From: Christensenella sp. | Lineage (GTDB): Bacteria > Bacillota > Clostridia > Christensenellales > CAG-138 | Direction: 5' to 3' | Assembly: GCA_034926785.1 (NCBI GenBank) | Contig: JAYFQU010000021.1 | Coordinates: forward strand, 846 to 64,845 | DNA length: 64,000 bases | Part shown: positions 21,209-29,810 of the stretch, one piece after another | How positions within the stretch are numbered: the stretch's first letter is position 1 | How the letters are laid out: each line of letters starts with the position of its first letter | Notes under the pieces: generated by a model | Seen by the model: only the letters and a program-made list of their open reading frames with translations | The model's database searches: none | Told to the model about the DNA's origin: nothing | Translations under genes and position numbers: made by a program

Positions 21209-21307
21209 CGGTGCGATACGATTTGAAATCGATTACGTGGAGAAACATTTCGAATAGACGGTGCGAAAAGATTTGAAATCGATTACGCGAGAAACATTTC
21301 GAATAGA
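21209..21307 (+). repeat. ~50-bp tandem direct repeat in the recA leader
   Basis: CGGTGCGATACGATTTGAAATCGATTACGTGGAGAAACATTTCGAATAGA (21209-21258) and CGGTGCGAAAAGATTTGAAATCGATTACGCGAGAAACATTTCGAATAGA (21259-21307). Confidence 0.92.
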
Positions 21308-21333
21308 CTGTTAGGAGTGAAAGGATTACGGCG

Positions 21334-22419
21334 ATGGTTGAAAAAGAAAAAGCATTGGAGATTGCCCTGGGTCAAATCGAAAAGCAATTTGGCAAAGGCG
21401 CGATTATGAAACTCGGCGATGCGGCCGCCCGTACGCCGGTTGCAACCATCTCAACGGGTTGCCTGCCGCTGGACTATGCGCTTGGTGTCGGCGGCATCCC
21501 GCGCGGCAGAGTCGTTGAAATATTCGGGCCGGAATCCTCCGGTAAAACCACCATTGCGTTGCATATCATTGCCGAGGCGCAAAGGGTTGGCGGGACAGCG
21601 GCATTTATTGACGCGGAGCATGCGCTCGATCCCGTTTATGCCGAGGCGCTAGGTGTCAAGGTGGACGATCTCTACGTCTCCCAGCCGGATACCGGCGAAC
21701 AGGCGCTGGAGATCACCGAAGCGCTCGTCCGCAGCGGCGCCATCGACGTCGTCGTTGTGGACTCCGTTGCGGCGCTTGTACCCAAGGCAGAAATCGAAGG
21801 CGACATGGGTGATTCCCACGTCGGCCTGCAGGCGCGCCTCATGAGCCAGGCGCTGCGCAAGCTCACCGGCGCCATCAACAAGTCCAACACCATCGTCATC
21901 TTCATCAACCAGCTGCGCGAAAAGGTCGGCGTCATGTTCGGCAATCCGGAGACGACCCCCGGCGGCAAGGCGCTTAAGTTTTATGCCAGCGTCCGTCTGG
22001 ATGTCCGTCGCGTGGATGCGCTGAAGAACGGCACCGACATCATCGGCAACCGCACGCGCGTCAAAGTGGTTAAAAATAAGGTCGCCCCGCCGTTTAAGTC
22101 GGCGGAGTTCGATATGCTCTATGGCGAAGGTATTTCCAAGGAGGGCGCAATCCTCGATCTTGCAGTTGAAAAAAAGCTCGTGAGCAAGAGCGGCGCGTGG
22201 TATAACTACGGCGAAATGCGCATGGGGCAGGGACGCGATAACACTCGCATCTTCCTCAAGGACAACCCGGAGCTCACACAAAAACTAGAAAAGCAGCTCC
22301 GCGCCCTGTTTGAGGAGGAACGCAAGCAGGCGGCTGCCGAGCAGGAGGCCAAACGCAAGGCCAATCAAAGCGTCATGGCGGCCGCCACAGCGGCCCCCGC
22401 CGCTCCGGAAAAAAAGTAA
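21334..22419 (+). CDS. recA: Recombinase RecA
   Basis: [41 protein letters not shown]. Confidence 0.99.
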   Translation: MVEKEKALEIALGQIEKQFGKGAIMKLGDAAARTPVATISTGCLPLDYALGVGGIPRGRVVEIFGPESSGKTTIALHIIAEAQRVGGTAAFIDAEHALDPVYAEALGVKVDDLYVSQPDTGEQALEITEALVRSGAIDVVVVDSVAALVPKAEIEGDMGDSHVGLQARLMSQALRKLTGAINKSNTIVIFINQLREKVGVMFGNPETTPGGKALKFYASVRLDVRRVDALKNGTDIIGNRTRVKVVKNKVAPPFKSAEFDMLYGEGISKEGAILDLAVEKKLVSKSGAWYNYGEMRMGQGRDNTRIFLKDNPELTQKLEKQLRALFEEERKQAAAEQEAKRKANQSVMAAATAAPAAPEKK

Positions 22420-22431
22420 TCCCAAGCGGTC

Positions 22432-22469
22432 AAACAGCCTCAAGGTTCTCGCCTTGAGGCTGTTTTTTT
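22432..22469. terminator. Rho-independent terminator after recA
   Basis: AAACAGCCTCAAGG/CCTTGAGGCTGTTT followed by a T-run. Confidence 0.9.
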
Positions 22470-22496
22470 CAATCTAAATCACCGTTTCAATCGAAA

Positions 22497-23069
22497 TCAT
22501 CGGTTGCGCAACTGTTTGGAATATAAGGACATATCCGTGCCTGCGTCACGCACCATAACATCGTTCTTCGCCCGCGCAATCAGTGTGCCGACATAAAAAT
22601 CTCCAGCCGCACCGGAGAGATTGACAATCTGAATGATGTAAAGATACCAAAATGCCGTCTCGTAGAACGCAGCCGTGAGCACGGCAATCACAAACCCAAG
22701 AATCACCACCGGCGCAAACGCGATGACGATATAGTGCTTACGACAAAAAAGCGCGTCACTGCCCGCATAGGCATATAGTCCCGTGTAGCCATAGCGCGGC
22801 TTTACACCGGAGAATGCCTTCATAAATACACCGTGTATCACCTCGTGCAGCACCATATAGAGAAGGATGCCGGCTAGCATTATGATAATGCCAAACACGG
22901 TGTGAATGCCAAAGCGAAATTCCGAAAATGGCGGACAGATCACAAACCCCAGCGCGATCATAACGCCTGTAATCGTGAGCGCGATCAGATTGACGAGTAC
23001 GGCCTCCTTGCGGTTTCGCATGAGATCGACCCGCCGCACCTCGCGGTATCCCTCGGGAAGTCTTGTCAT
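22497..23069 (-). CDS. DUF3267 family membrane zincin-like metallopeptidase
   Basis: TM helices, HEVIHG (HExxH), N..GAAGD motif; ATG 23069 with GGAGG RBS. Confidence 0.8.
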   Translation of the reverse strand: MTRLPEGYREVRRVDLMRNRKEAVLVNLIALTITGVMIALGFVICPPFSEFRFGIHTVFGIIIMLAGILLYMVLHEVIHGVFMKAFSGVKPRYGYTGLYAYAGSDALFCRKHYIVIAFAPVVILGFVIAVLTAAFYETAFWYLYIIQIVNLSGAAGDFYVGTLIARAKNDVMVRDAGTDMSLYSKQLRNR

Positions 23070-23347
23070 TCCTCCTCCCCCTTCTTCTCCGGGTTTCTCC
23101 AATAACGGCTGCCATCCTTCGTCCGCAAGACCCAACCGCTCTCAACGAGCCCGCGCCGCAGGATAAAAAGATCGCCAAATGTGTGCCAGCTCGCGAGAAT
23201 CGCGTTTACCTCATGCTCGCTGTAGTTGCGGTCAAATTCAAATTTCTGAGCAAGATAACAAAAAACCTCTTCCCGCGCCGCTTGTTTGGCGGGCCATAGT
23301 TTTAGCTTGCCCTCATCATCCAAAAAACGGTCGATTCCCTGCGCCAT
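23066..23347 (-). CDS. DUF2087 domain protein
   Basis: RFLD..KLKLWPAK..YSEHEVNAIL..DLFILRRGLVESG..R..DGSRYW. Confidence 0.85.
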   Translation of the reverse strand: MAQGIDRFLDDEGKLKLWPAKQAAREEVFCYLAQKFEFDRNYSEHEVNAILASWHTFGDLFILRRGLVESGWVLRTKDGSRYWRNPEKKGEEE

Positions 23348-23585
23348 CAATTCGCTCTTTCTTCGCCTGTTCCGGCGGCTTCATTTCCATTTGCGCAGAT
23401 GAAACCATCTGCCTGCGCAGATATATTCTCATAAATTCCATGCAAATACAACCGCTCCGGGTGTAAATGCTTCGTAAATTTCTCTACGTTTCGTCCACCC
23501 TGCCGGAATCCTCGGCATCATGGCATTCGCAATCTCACTAAACTTATGGTATGATGGCACTATCAAAGGATTGGAGCATGCTTAT

Positions 23586-24260
23586 TTGCGAGTTTGTCCA
23601 CATTGTTTCAACCTGTCCGGCGGAAGCGCGGCCTATTGCATTTTTTGCGGGCATCGCTTCTCAAAAAATGCGTCGGGCGTCGTGCGGTATGATCCGAACG
23701 CGCCGCGCACAAGGCGAACGTCCGCCGCAAAAGCGCAGCGGATTTTGAGCGTCTGTTCGCTCTTTCTCGCCGCCGTCGTCGCGGCGGCCATCCTCGGCGC
23801 TCCGCCAACCGAGCGGCAGATCCTCGCCGCGGGCGGTTCCGTTGCTTTCGCCGCGCCAGCCCCGGCCGAACCGCCCGTTTCAGTCAAACCGTTTGATTCT
23901 TTTAACGGGGACTACGACATCACGGTTACCCTCTCGGAGGTTTCCAGTAACGATGCGGATACCGAAGCCGCGGCCGAAGAATTGCGCGGCGAATCTTTCA
24001 GCGGGACGCTGACGCTCGCTTTAAATCCGGTCGGCAGCGGAATACTATCCGTCAATCAATTATTCTCTTCGCCGGAGAGCATCTCTGTCGCCCCGTTTGT
24101 CAACAGCGATGGCGTCTCCTCGCAAAACACGCTCTATGGAACCGTTTCACGCGCCAATAGGAAGCTCTCCGTGGTCTGCGTGTGCGAGCAAGGCGGCGTT
24201 TCCGGTTTTTTCTGGCTGGACAGTGAGAATACGCATATCGAGTTTCTTTATCATGATTGA
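23586..24260 (+). CDS. Hypothetical membrane protein with N-terminal zinc ribbon
   Basis: CPHC...CIFCG, one TM, extracellular beta-rich C-terminus; TTG start 9 nt after GGAG (start uncertain). Confidence 0.6.
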   Translation: MRVCPHCFNLSGGSAAYCIFCGHRFSKNASGVVRYDPNAPRTRRTSAAKAQRILSVCSLFLAAVVAAAILGAPPTERQILAAGGSVAFAAPAPAEPPVSVKPFDSFNGDYDITVTLSEVSSNDADTEAAAEELRGESFSGTLTLALNPVGSGILSVNQLFSSPESISVAPFVNSDGVSSQNTLYGTVSRANRKLSVVCVCEQGGVSGFFWLDSENTHIEFLYHD

Positions 24261-24273
24261 TCCCCCGCTCTCC

Positions 24274-24298
24274 ACCGCGCAGCCCGCGCGGTTTTTTT
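24274..24298 (+). terminator. Terminator
   Basis: CCGCGC/GCGCGG stem followed by T7. Confidence 0.6.
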
Positions 24299-24400
24299 GA
24301 GTGCGAATTCATATGCCCGTCTGTGTCCGGGTATGATATACTAATCTTGGAGATAGGCATACGCCGATGAACCAACAACAAGCAAACGGAGGAAAAACCG

Positions 24401-24727
24401 ATGAAACTGCTGTTTGCCATCGTTCAAAACGATGATCAAAAGGCGCTGACCTATGCGCTGATCGAGCGCAACATCAGCGTAACGCGCATCGCGAGCACCG
24501 GTGGATTTTTACGCGGCGGCAACTCGACGCTGATGATTGGCGTGGAGCCGGATCGGATGGAGGAGACGCTCCAGATCATTCAGGAGCGCTCCCGCCGCCG
24601 TCAGGTAGTCACCGTTCCCGCCTCCGGCATTCCGCATAATATCGACAGCGCGGCGATGCCGATGTCCGTCACAGTCGGCGGTGCGACGGTATTCGTGTTG
24701 GATGTGCAGGCGACGTATAAGTATTAG
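24401..24727 (+). CDS. darA: Cyclic-di-AMP receptor DarA/PstA (PII-like, DUF970)
   Basis: AIVQNDD, ASTGGFLRGGNSTLMIG, VGGATVFV signature. Confidence 0.9.
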   Translation: MKLLFAIVQNDDQKALTYALIERNISVTRIASTGGFLRGGNSTLMIGVEPDRMEETLQIIQERSRRRQVVTVPASGIPHNIDSAAMPMSVTVGGATVFVLDVQATYKY

Positions 24728-24803
24728 TCCCTTTGCCGCGTCTGTTATCCGCGCAAGAACGATTGCCGCGCAATCATGATTTTTGATGAAACGAAAGTGA
24801 CCT

Positions 24804-26162
24804 ATGGAAATGCAAACGGCCTCACATAGGCCGATGTTCACAAATGCAGCCCTGCGACAGCTCATTATTCCCCTGATTCTGGAGCAGTTGCTGGCCATGA
24901 CGGTCGGCTTGGCTGCGGTTGTCATGATTACGCGCGTTGGCGAGTCTGCTGTTTCCGGCGTGTCGCTGGTCGATTCTCTCAATGTTCTTATCATCAGCAT
25001 CCTAAGTGCCCTTTGCACCGGCGGCGCCGTTGTCTGCGCGCAGTATATTGGCCGCCATGAGACGGAGAATGCGCGTATATCCGCACGCCAGCTGGTTTAT
25101 ATTGCGATGATCTTTGCGCTGATGATCGGCGCGATCCTGCTGATCGCCCCGGCGTTTTTTATTCGGTTGATATTCGGAGATGTAGATCCCGCCGTCGCGG
25201 AGAGCGCCAAAACCTATCTCATTTTTTCATCTATTTCATTTCCCTTTCTCGCGCTGTATAACGCCTGTGCCGCGCTCTTTCGCGCAATGGGTAATGCGCG
25301 CGTCTCCCTCTATGTTTCGCTCGTGATGAATGTGGTCAACGTCGCGGCAAACGCGCTGATGATCTATCTTCTGAATATGGGTGTGTTAGGCGCGAGCATC
25401 GCAACCGCGCTCTCACGCGCCGTTGCTGCCATCCTGATGCTGCTGTTAATCCGCAGCAGATCCAATGTGATCTATTTATCCCGGCTCTTTCCTGTTCGAT
25501 TTGAGCGGCGCATGGTGCAAAGCATCCTCTCCATTGGCGTTCCAAACGGATTTGAAAACGGCCTGTTCAACTTTGGTAAACTGTTGGTGCAGACGCTGGT
25601 TGCCGGGCTTGGCACCTCCGCAATCGCCGCCAATGCCATCATCGGCAGCATCTTCAATATCATTATCGTCCCCGGAATGGGCATGAGCCTCGCTATCTTA
25701 ACGGTCATTGGCCAATGCATCGGGGCGGGAGACTATCCGCAGGCAATCTCATACACAAAAAAACTCACGTTGATCACCTATCTGGCAATGATTGCAGTCA
25801 ACCTCCCCGTCTTACTCTATTCACGCTGGGTGGTTGGCCTTTTCCCGCTGAGCGCGGAGGCCACGCGGATTGCCGAGCAGGTGATGCCCGTACTCGCCGC
25901 CTCATGCTGCGTCATTTGGCCGATCTCGTTCGCCTTCCCCAATGCGCTGCGCGCAGCCGGAGATGCACGATTTTCTATGATTCTCTCAACGGCGTCCATG
26001 TGGATTGTGCGATTTGGGCTTAGCTATCTGCTCGTCATGCGTTTCCATCTTGGCGTAGCGGGAGTGTGGTATGGCATGACGGCGGATTGGTTTGTGCGCT
26101 CTATCTTCTTTCTGTTGCGGTACCGCAGCGGGAAATGGAAAACGAAGGTTGTATTGCATTAA
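24804..26162 (+). CDS. MATE family efflux transporter
   Basis: About 12 TM; PLILEQLL, VSGVSLVD, FRAMGN, GQCIGAGD, LRAAGD. Confidence 0.92.
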   Translation: MEMQTASHRPMFTNAALRQLIIPLILEQLLAMTVGLAAVVMITRVGESAVSGVSLVDSLNVLIISILSALCTGGAVVCAQYIGRHETENARISARQLVYIAMIFALMIGAILLIAPAFFIRLIFGDVDPAVAESAKTYLIFSSISFPFLALYNACAALFRAMGNARVSLYVSLVMNVVNVAANALMIYLLNMGVLGASIATALSRAVAAILMLLLIRSRSNVIYLSRLFPVRFERRMVQSILSIGVPNGFENGLFNFGKLLVQTLVAGLGTSAIAANAIIGSIFNIIIVPGMGMSLAILTVIGQCIGAGDYPQAISYTKKLTLITYLAMIAVNLPVLLYSRWVVGLFPLSAEATRIAEQVMPVLAASCCVIWPISFAFPNALRAAGDARFSMILSTASMWIVRFGLSYLLVMRFHLGVAGVWYGMTADWFVRSIFFLLRYRSGKWKTKVVLH

Positions 26163-26183
26163 TATTCTTTATCGGCCCGTGTC

Positions 26184-26831
26184 TTGGAAAGGATCGCATA
26201 TTTGGTAGAACTCTTTGCCGCAAATATTCATCAAATCGCGCCGAAATCGCAAGAGCTCCTCGCCCTGCTGGACGAAGAGCGCCAGGCGCGTGTGCGCGCG
26301 CTCGGTTCCTCGCGCGATGCGTTGTTAAGCCTCGCGGCGGGGCTGCTGCTCTATGGCGTGTTTGGCGAAGCGGCGCAACACGCGCGATACGAGCGCGGAA
26401 AGCGGGGGAAACCGCATCTGCCGGACAAGACCCCCTTCAATATCACGCATGCAGGTGATTATGCGGTTCTTGCGCTCTCGACACAGGCGGTCGGGGTAGA
26501 TTTGGAGCGCATCCGTCCGATCGACTGGCAGAAGATCGCCGCTCGTTTTTTTCATCCGGAGGAACGGGCCTATCTGGAGCGTTCGCCGGATCCCGCGGCA
26601 GAGTTTTTCCATATCTGGACGCTGAAGGAGAGCTACCTAAAAGCCGAGGGATTGGGGTTTTCCGTCTCGCCGATGAGCTTTGCCGTGTTGCCGGAAGGCG
26701 ATCATTCGGCGCGCCTCGTCGGCGGCTCCTTCTACCGCTTCACCTGTTTTTGGCCGTTCCAGGGATATTGTCTCAGCGTCTGTTCGCTAGAGGAGGAGGT
26801 AACCCCAAACGTAACCCTGCGAGAATTTTAA
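26184..26831 (+). CDS. Sfp-type 4'-phosphopantetheinyl transferase
   Basis: GKP, FNITHAG, VGVDLE, WTLKESYLKAEG. Confidence 0.9.
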   Translation: MERIAYLVELFAANIHQIAPKSQELLALLDEERQARVRALGSSRDALLSLAAGLLLYGVFGEAAQHARYERGKRGKPHLPDKTPFNITHAGDYAVLALSTQAVGVDLERIRPIDWQKIAARFFHPEERAYLERSPDPAAEFFHIWTLKESYLKAEGLGFSVSPMSFAVLPEGDHSARLVGGSFYRFTCFWPFQGYCLSVCSLEEEVTPNVTLREF

Positions 26832-26847
26832 TGCGCCTGGCCATATG

Positions 26848-26879
26848 CAAACATGCCGCCCATTGGGGCGGCATGTTTG
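26848..26879. terminator. Bidirectional terminator closing the lysis cassette
   Basis: Perfect 14-bp stem CAAACATGCCGCCC/GGGCGGCATGTTTG. Confidence 0.85.
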
Positions 26880-26895
26880 TTTGATTTCTCCCGTG

Positions 26896-27294
26896 CTATT
26901 CCGCAGCAGCCTGGTGCTTGATCCGCTCGATCCAGTTTTCGCCAGCGCCGAGGATCAGTCCTTCGATGTCCACGCTCGCGGCGGCGAGCAGCGAATACGC
27001 CGGAGCGGAGAGTTTCTCCGTCGTCTTATTCAGCAGTTTCTCGCGCAGCTGCGCAACCTCCTGCTGGGTGAGCTTACCGTCCTCGTTTGCCGCCTTCAGG
27101 TCGGTTACCAGTGTCTGCTGCAGTTCGCCGACGGTGATTTTCGCCGCACGGATGAGTTCTTTCTGTGCGTCATTGATGTTTTTAAGCTTCGCACTCTTGC
27201 TTAGCTGCAAGGTGAGATAGGTTCCCAATACGCCGATGAGTGTGATAAGCAGTGTCGTGGCAATCTGCATGCCATAGTCCATGAGTTGATCCAT
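26896..27294 (-). CDS. Putative phage-type holin (single N-terminal TM, LL-H-like)
   Basis: TM followed by a helical domain with QTLVTDLK...DGKLT..E...IE pattern; sits behind an endolysin-like gene. Confidence 0.55.
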   Translation of the reverse strand: MDQLMDYGMQIATTLLITLIGVLGTYLTLQLSKSAKLKNINDAQKELIRAAKITVGELQQTLVTDLKAANEDGKLTQQEVAQLREKLLNKTTEKLSAPAYSLLAAASVDIEGLILGAGENWIERIKHQAAAE

Positions 27295-27341
27295 ATGCTA
27301 TCCCCTTTTGTTTCGATTTTTTAATGTGTTTCTTCGGTCAA

Positions 27342-27599
27342 TTACGCCAGCTCTTCCTCCATCACGCGGATCCGTGTTTCGTGGTCTCCCAGCTTCGCGT
27401 CCTGCTCGCGAGAATAGTCCCAGATACGTTCGTGCGCGTTTCGGTTATTCGCGCTTAGCTGTTGCATCCCTTTTTCCATATCGTCCAGGCTGGTGGTTAG
27501 CTTTGTAATGGCATGGGTGAGCTTGACGATTGGTGTAACCACTGCGGTCATCAGCGCAATGAGTGCGATCATTACGCCAACAACGTCCCATTCCTGCAT
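27342..27599 (-). CDS. Small TM + coiled-coil protein typical of phage lysis modules
   Basis: MQEWDVVGVMIALIAL..PIVKL..ITKL..H.RIW...DHETRIRVME; GGAGG RBS. Confidence 0.65.
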   Translation of the reverse strand: MQEWDVVGVMIALIALMTAVVTPIVKLTHAITKLTTSLDDMEKGMQQLSANNRNAHERIWDYSREQDAKLGDHETRIRVMEEELA

Positions 27600-27610
27600 G
27601 TTCTTGCCTC

Positions 27611-28495
27611 CTAGTAATAGGTTGGGCGCAGGAATCCCGTCCAGCCGCCAAACCGATCTGTTGATTGTTTTACAAAGTTCCAGCCGCGCCGCGCGGTGAG
27701 CTTTGTGAGTTGGCACCCGTATGCCCCGCCCATCCACTCCACCGCGTAGCCGCCGCCGGCATACAGTCCGATATGCCCGCTCTTATGTAGCAAGTCAGCG
27801 GGCGACAGCGCGCCGCTCTCAATGCGCCTATATTTCGCGCTCGCCGCAAACCCGTCCGCTGCAAGATCAAACTGCGGGGATACTACGCCCGCATGCCTGA
27901 GGAGTCCCACTACCCCGCCGGAGCAGTCCGCGCCGGTGATCACAGGATTGTTTCGCACCGCACGCTCCATCATCTCCCGCCGCCCGCCGTCATAGTATTC
28001 CGGCTGCCGCCTGGCGCCCGACGCGATTCGGTCGAGCGTAATCACATTCGCCGTCAAATCGGTGTTGTAGAGGTTGCCGCCGCGGATGTAAAGGCTGACG
28101 GGATAGCCGCCCGGCAAATCCGCGTCATAGGCAAATTGCAACGCGTCGAGTACGATCTCCCGCCGCGTTTTACCGGCGCTCTCCAACGCGTCGAGAATCG
28201 CATGCGCCGCCGCCTCGCCAACCTGTTCAAAGATCTGTCCCCGGTTAAGCGCAGTTGCAGTGGGAGACGCCTCCGGCCACAATACGGCCCATGTCAGCGG
28301 GCCGACCACGCCATCCGCAAGCAGTCCATGCTCGGCTTGAAATGTGCGGACGGCACGCAGCGTATCCTCTCCAAAGACATTCGTCTTAATTTGAACAATG
28401 TTCGGCGAATAGCAGCCTTGCTGCAGCAGTCGCTGTTTCACCTCCCAAACATCTGCTCCCTCGCTGCCAAGGCGAAGTGTTCTTCGCTGTGTCAT
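27611..28495 (-). CDS. Peptidoglycan-binding domain + NlpC/P60-like hydrolase (endolysin-like)
   Basis: PG_binding_1 (LRLGSEGADV...FQAEHGLLADGVVGPLTW); catalytic DCSG and GHIGLY. Confidence 0.8.
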   Translation of the reverse strand: MTQRRTLRLGSEGADVWEVKQRLLQQGCYSPNIVQIKTNVFGEDTLRAVRTFQAEHGLLADGVVGPLTWAVLWPEASPTATALNRGQIFEQVGEAAAHAILDALESAGKTRREIVLDALQFAYDADLPGGYPVSLYIRGGNLYNTDLTANVITLDRIASGARRQPEYYDGGRREMMERAVRNNPVITGADCSGGVVGLLRHAGVVSPQFDLAADGFAASAKYRRIESGALSPADLLHKSGHIGLYAGGGYAVEWMGGAYGCQLTKLTARRGWNFVKQSTDRFGGWTGFLRPTYY

Positions 28496-28690
28496 CGATT
28501 CCCCCTCTCTCGACTTTCGATCCCGTCGGCGTCAATACTGGGGAGTTCGCATGCTGCGCCGCAGCCGAACAACTGCGATTTTCGGGGTTTACAGGGTGTT
28601 CCAGACATTGATTTCCACTTCCGGGGTATCCGATATCAGTCTGGCACTTTTGGTGGTGGGTTTTTATCGGAAAGATAATTATAAGAGTGC

Positions 28691-28717
28691 AAAAAAAAGA
28701 CGGATCGCTCCGCCTTT
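28691..28717 (-). terminator. Terminator of the YbaK-GNAT gene
   Basis: Minus strand AAAGGCGGAGCGATCCGTC followed by T8. Confidence 0.75.
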
Positions 28718-28735
28718 GACGACTCTTCGGATCAT

Positions 28736-29683
28736 TCAGTTCAAATCAAATCGAAAGATGCAGTGCGGCCCGGTCTCGCCCAGTTGATAAAGCGAGCTGT
28801 ATCGCGGCGCCACACGCGTCTCCAGGAGCGTTCCACCCAGGTGTTCGAGTGTCCTGCGGGAAGCCAGGTTTCCCTCCGCGGAGCTGATGGTCAGGTAGGG
28901 CATACGGTGTGCCCGCGCAATTTCAAACACGAGCCTGCAGGCCTTCCGCGCGTAACCGTTTCCGCGATATTGCTCCTCTACGCTATAGCCGATATTTCCG
29001 CCAAAGTAGAGGTTCCGCACATACCCGAGCCGCAGATCGATCATCCCAACCGTCGCGCCGTCGCCGACCCGCACGATGTCGAAGCGATACATCGGCACAA
29101 ACCCCTTCGTCTCGTCCGCGCCGGAGACAGAGGCAACGCGCAGTGTCAGCTCTCCATCGCTAGGCATGGCCATTTCCGCTCGCGGCCGGTCGTCGATCTT
29201 TGGATCGTCGCCCTCTTCCCAATCCTTGCAAACGTCAACCCAAGCCACGGCGTTGCTGAAGCGAAAGAGTTCGTCGTTGGTCAGTTCGATTGCGCTGTTG
29301 GTACTGCCGCAAGCGGGAAATACGGTTGCAAACCGCTTCAGCGAAATATCCGGATACACCGGCGTCGGCTTTGGCAGCGCAAAGGGGCAAACGCCGCCAA
29401 CCTCGCTACCGGTTAGGCGCTCTACCTCGTCAAATGCGAGCATCTTTGCCTTCGTGCCGAACTGATCCTTAAATTTACGGTTGTCCACGCGCGCGTCGCC
29501 TGCTGCAACAACCAGCACGCAACCCTCGCCCAGTGCAAACGACAGTGTCTTTGCGATGCGCGCCGGGCGGACGCCAAGCGTCTCCGCCGCGAGTTCCACC
29601 GTCGCGGAGCTGGTCTCAAATTCCCAAACGCGCTGTTCCATCCCCAGCGTACGAAAATAGTCCTTAACCCGTTCAATTGCCAT
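28736..29683 (-). CDS. YbaK/EbsC aminoacyl-tRNA deacylase-like domain fused to a GNAT acetyltransferase
   Basis: Residues 1-~157: SATVELAA..IAKTL..GGVCPF..VFPACG; C-terminal GNIGYSVEEQYRGNGYA..N.ASRRTLE.LGG. Confidence 0.85.
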   Translation of the reverse strand: MAIERVKDYFRTLGMEQRVWEFETSSATVELAAETLGVRPARIAKTLSFALGEGCVLVVAAGDARVDNRKFKDQFGTKAKMLAFDEVERLTGSEVGGVCPFALPKPTPVYPDISLKRFATVFPACGSTNSAIELTNDELFRFSNAVAWVDVCKDWEEGDDPKIDDRPRAEMAMPSDGELTLRVASVSGADETKGFVPMYRFDIVRVGDGATVGMIDLRLGYVRNLYFGGNIGYSVEEQYRGNGYARKACRLVFEIARAHRMPYLTISSAEGNLASRRTLEHLGGTLLETRVAPRYSSLYQLGETGPHCIFRFDLN

Positions 29684-29810
29684 GTCTGCTTATCCCTTTT
29701 TGATTCGATTGATTTTATGCGGCTCTTGGCCGCAAAAAACAATCGGCGTTTCGTCTATCTTAAAGACATCCACGCCGATTTGCAAGTGTACTATTCGCCT
29801 TTTTCGACGA

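Noticed and set aside
21209-21307. recA-leader repeat as a mini CRISPR array
   Set aside because: Only two units, adjacent with no unique spacer, and no cas genes in the window.
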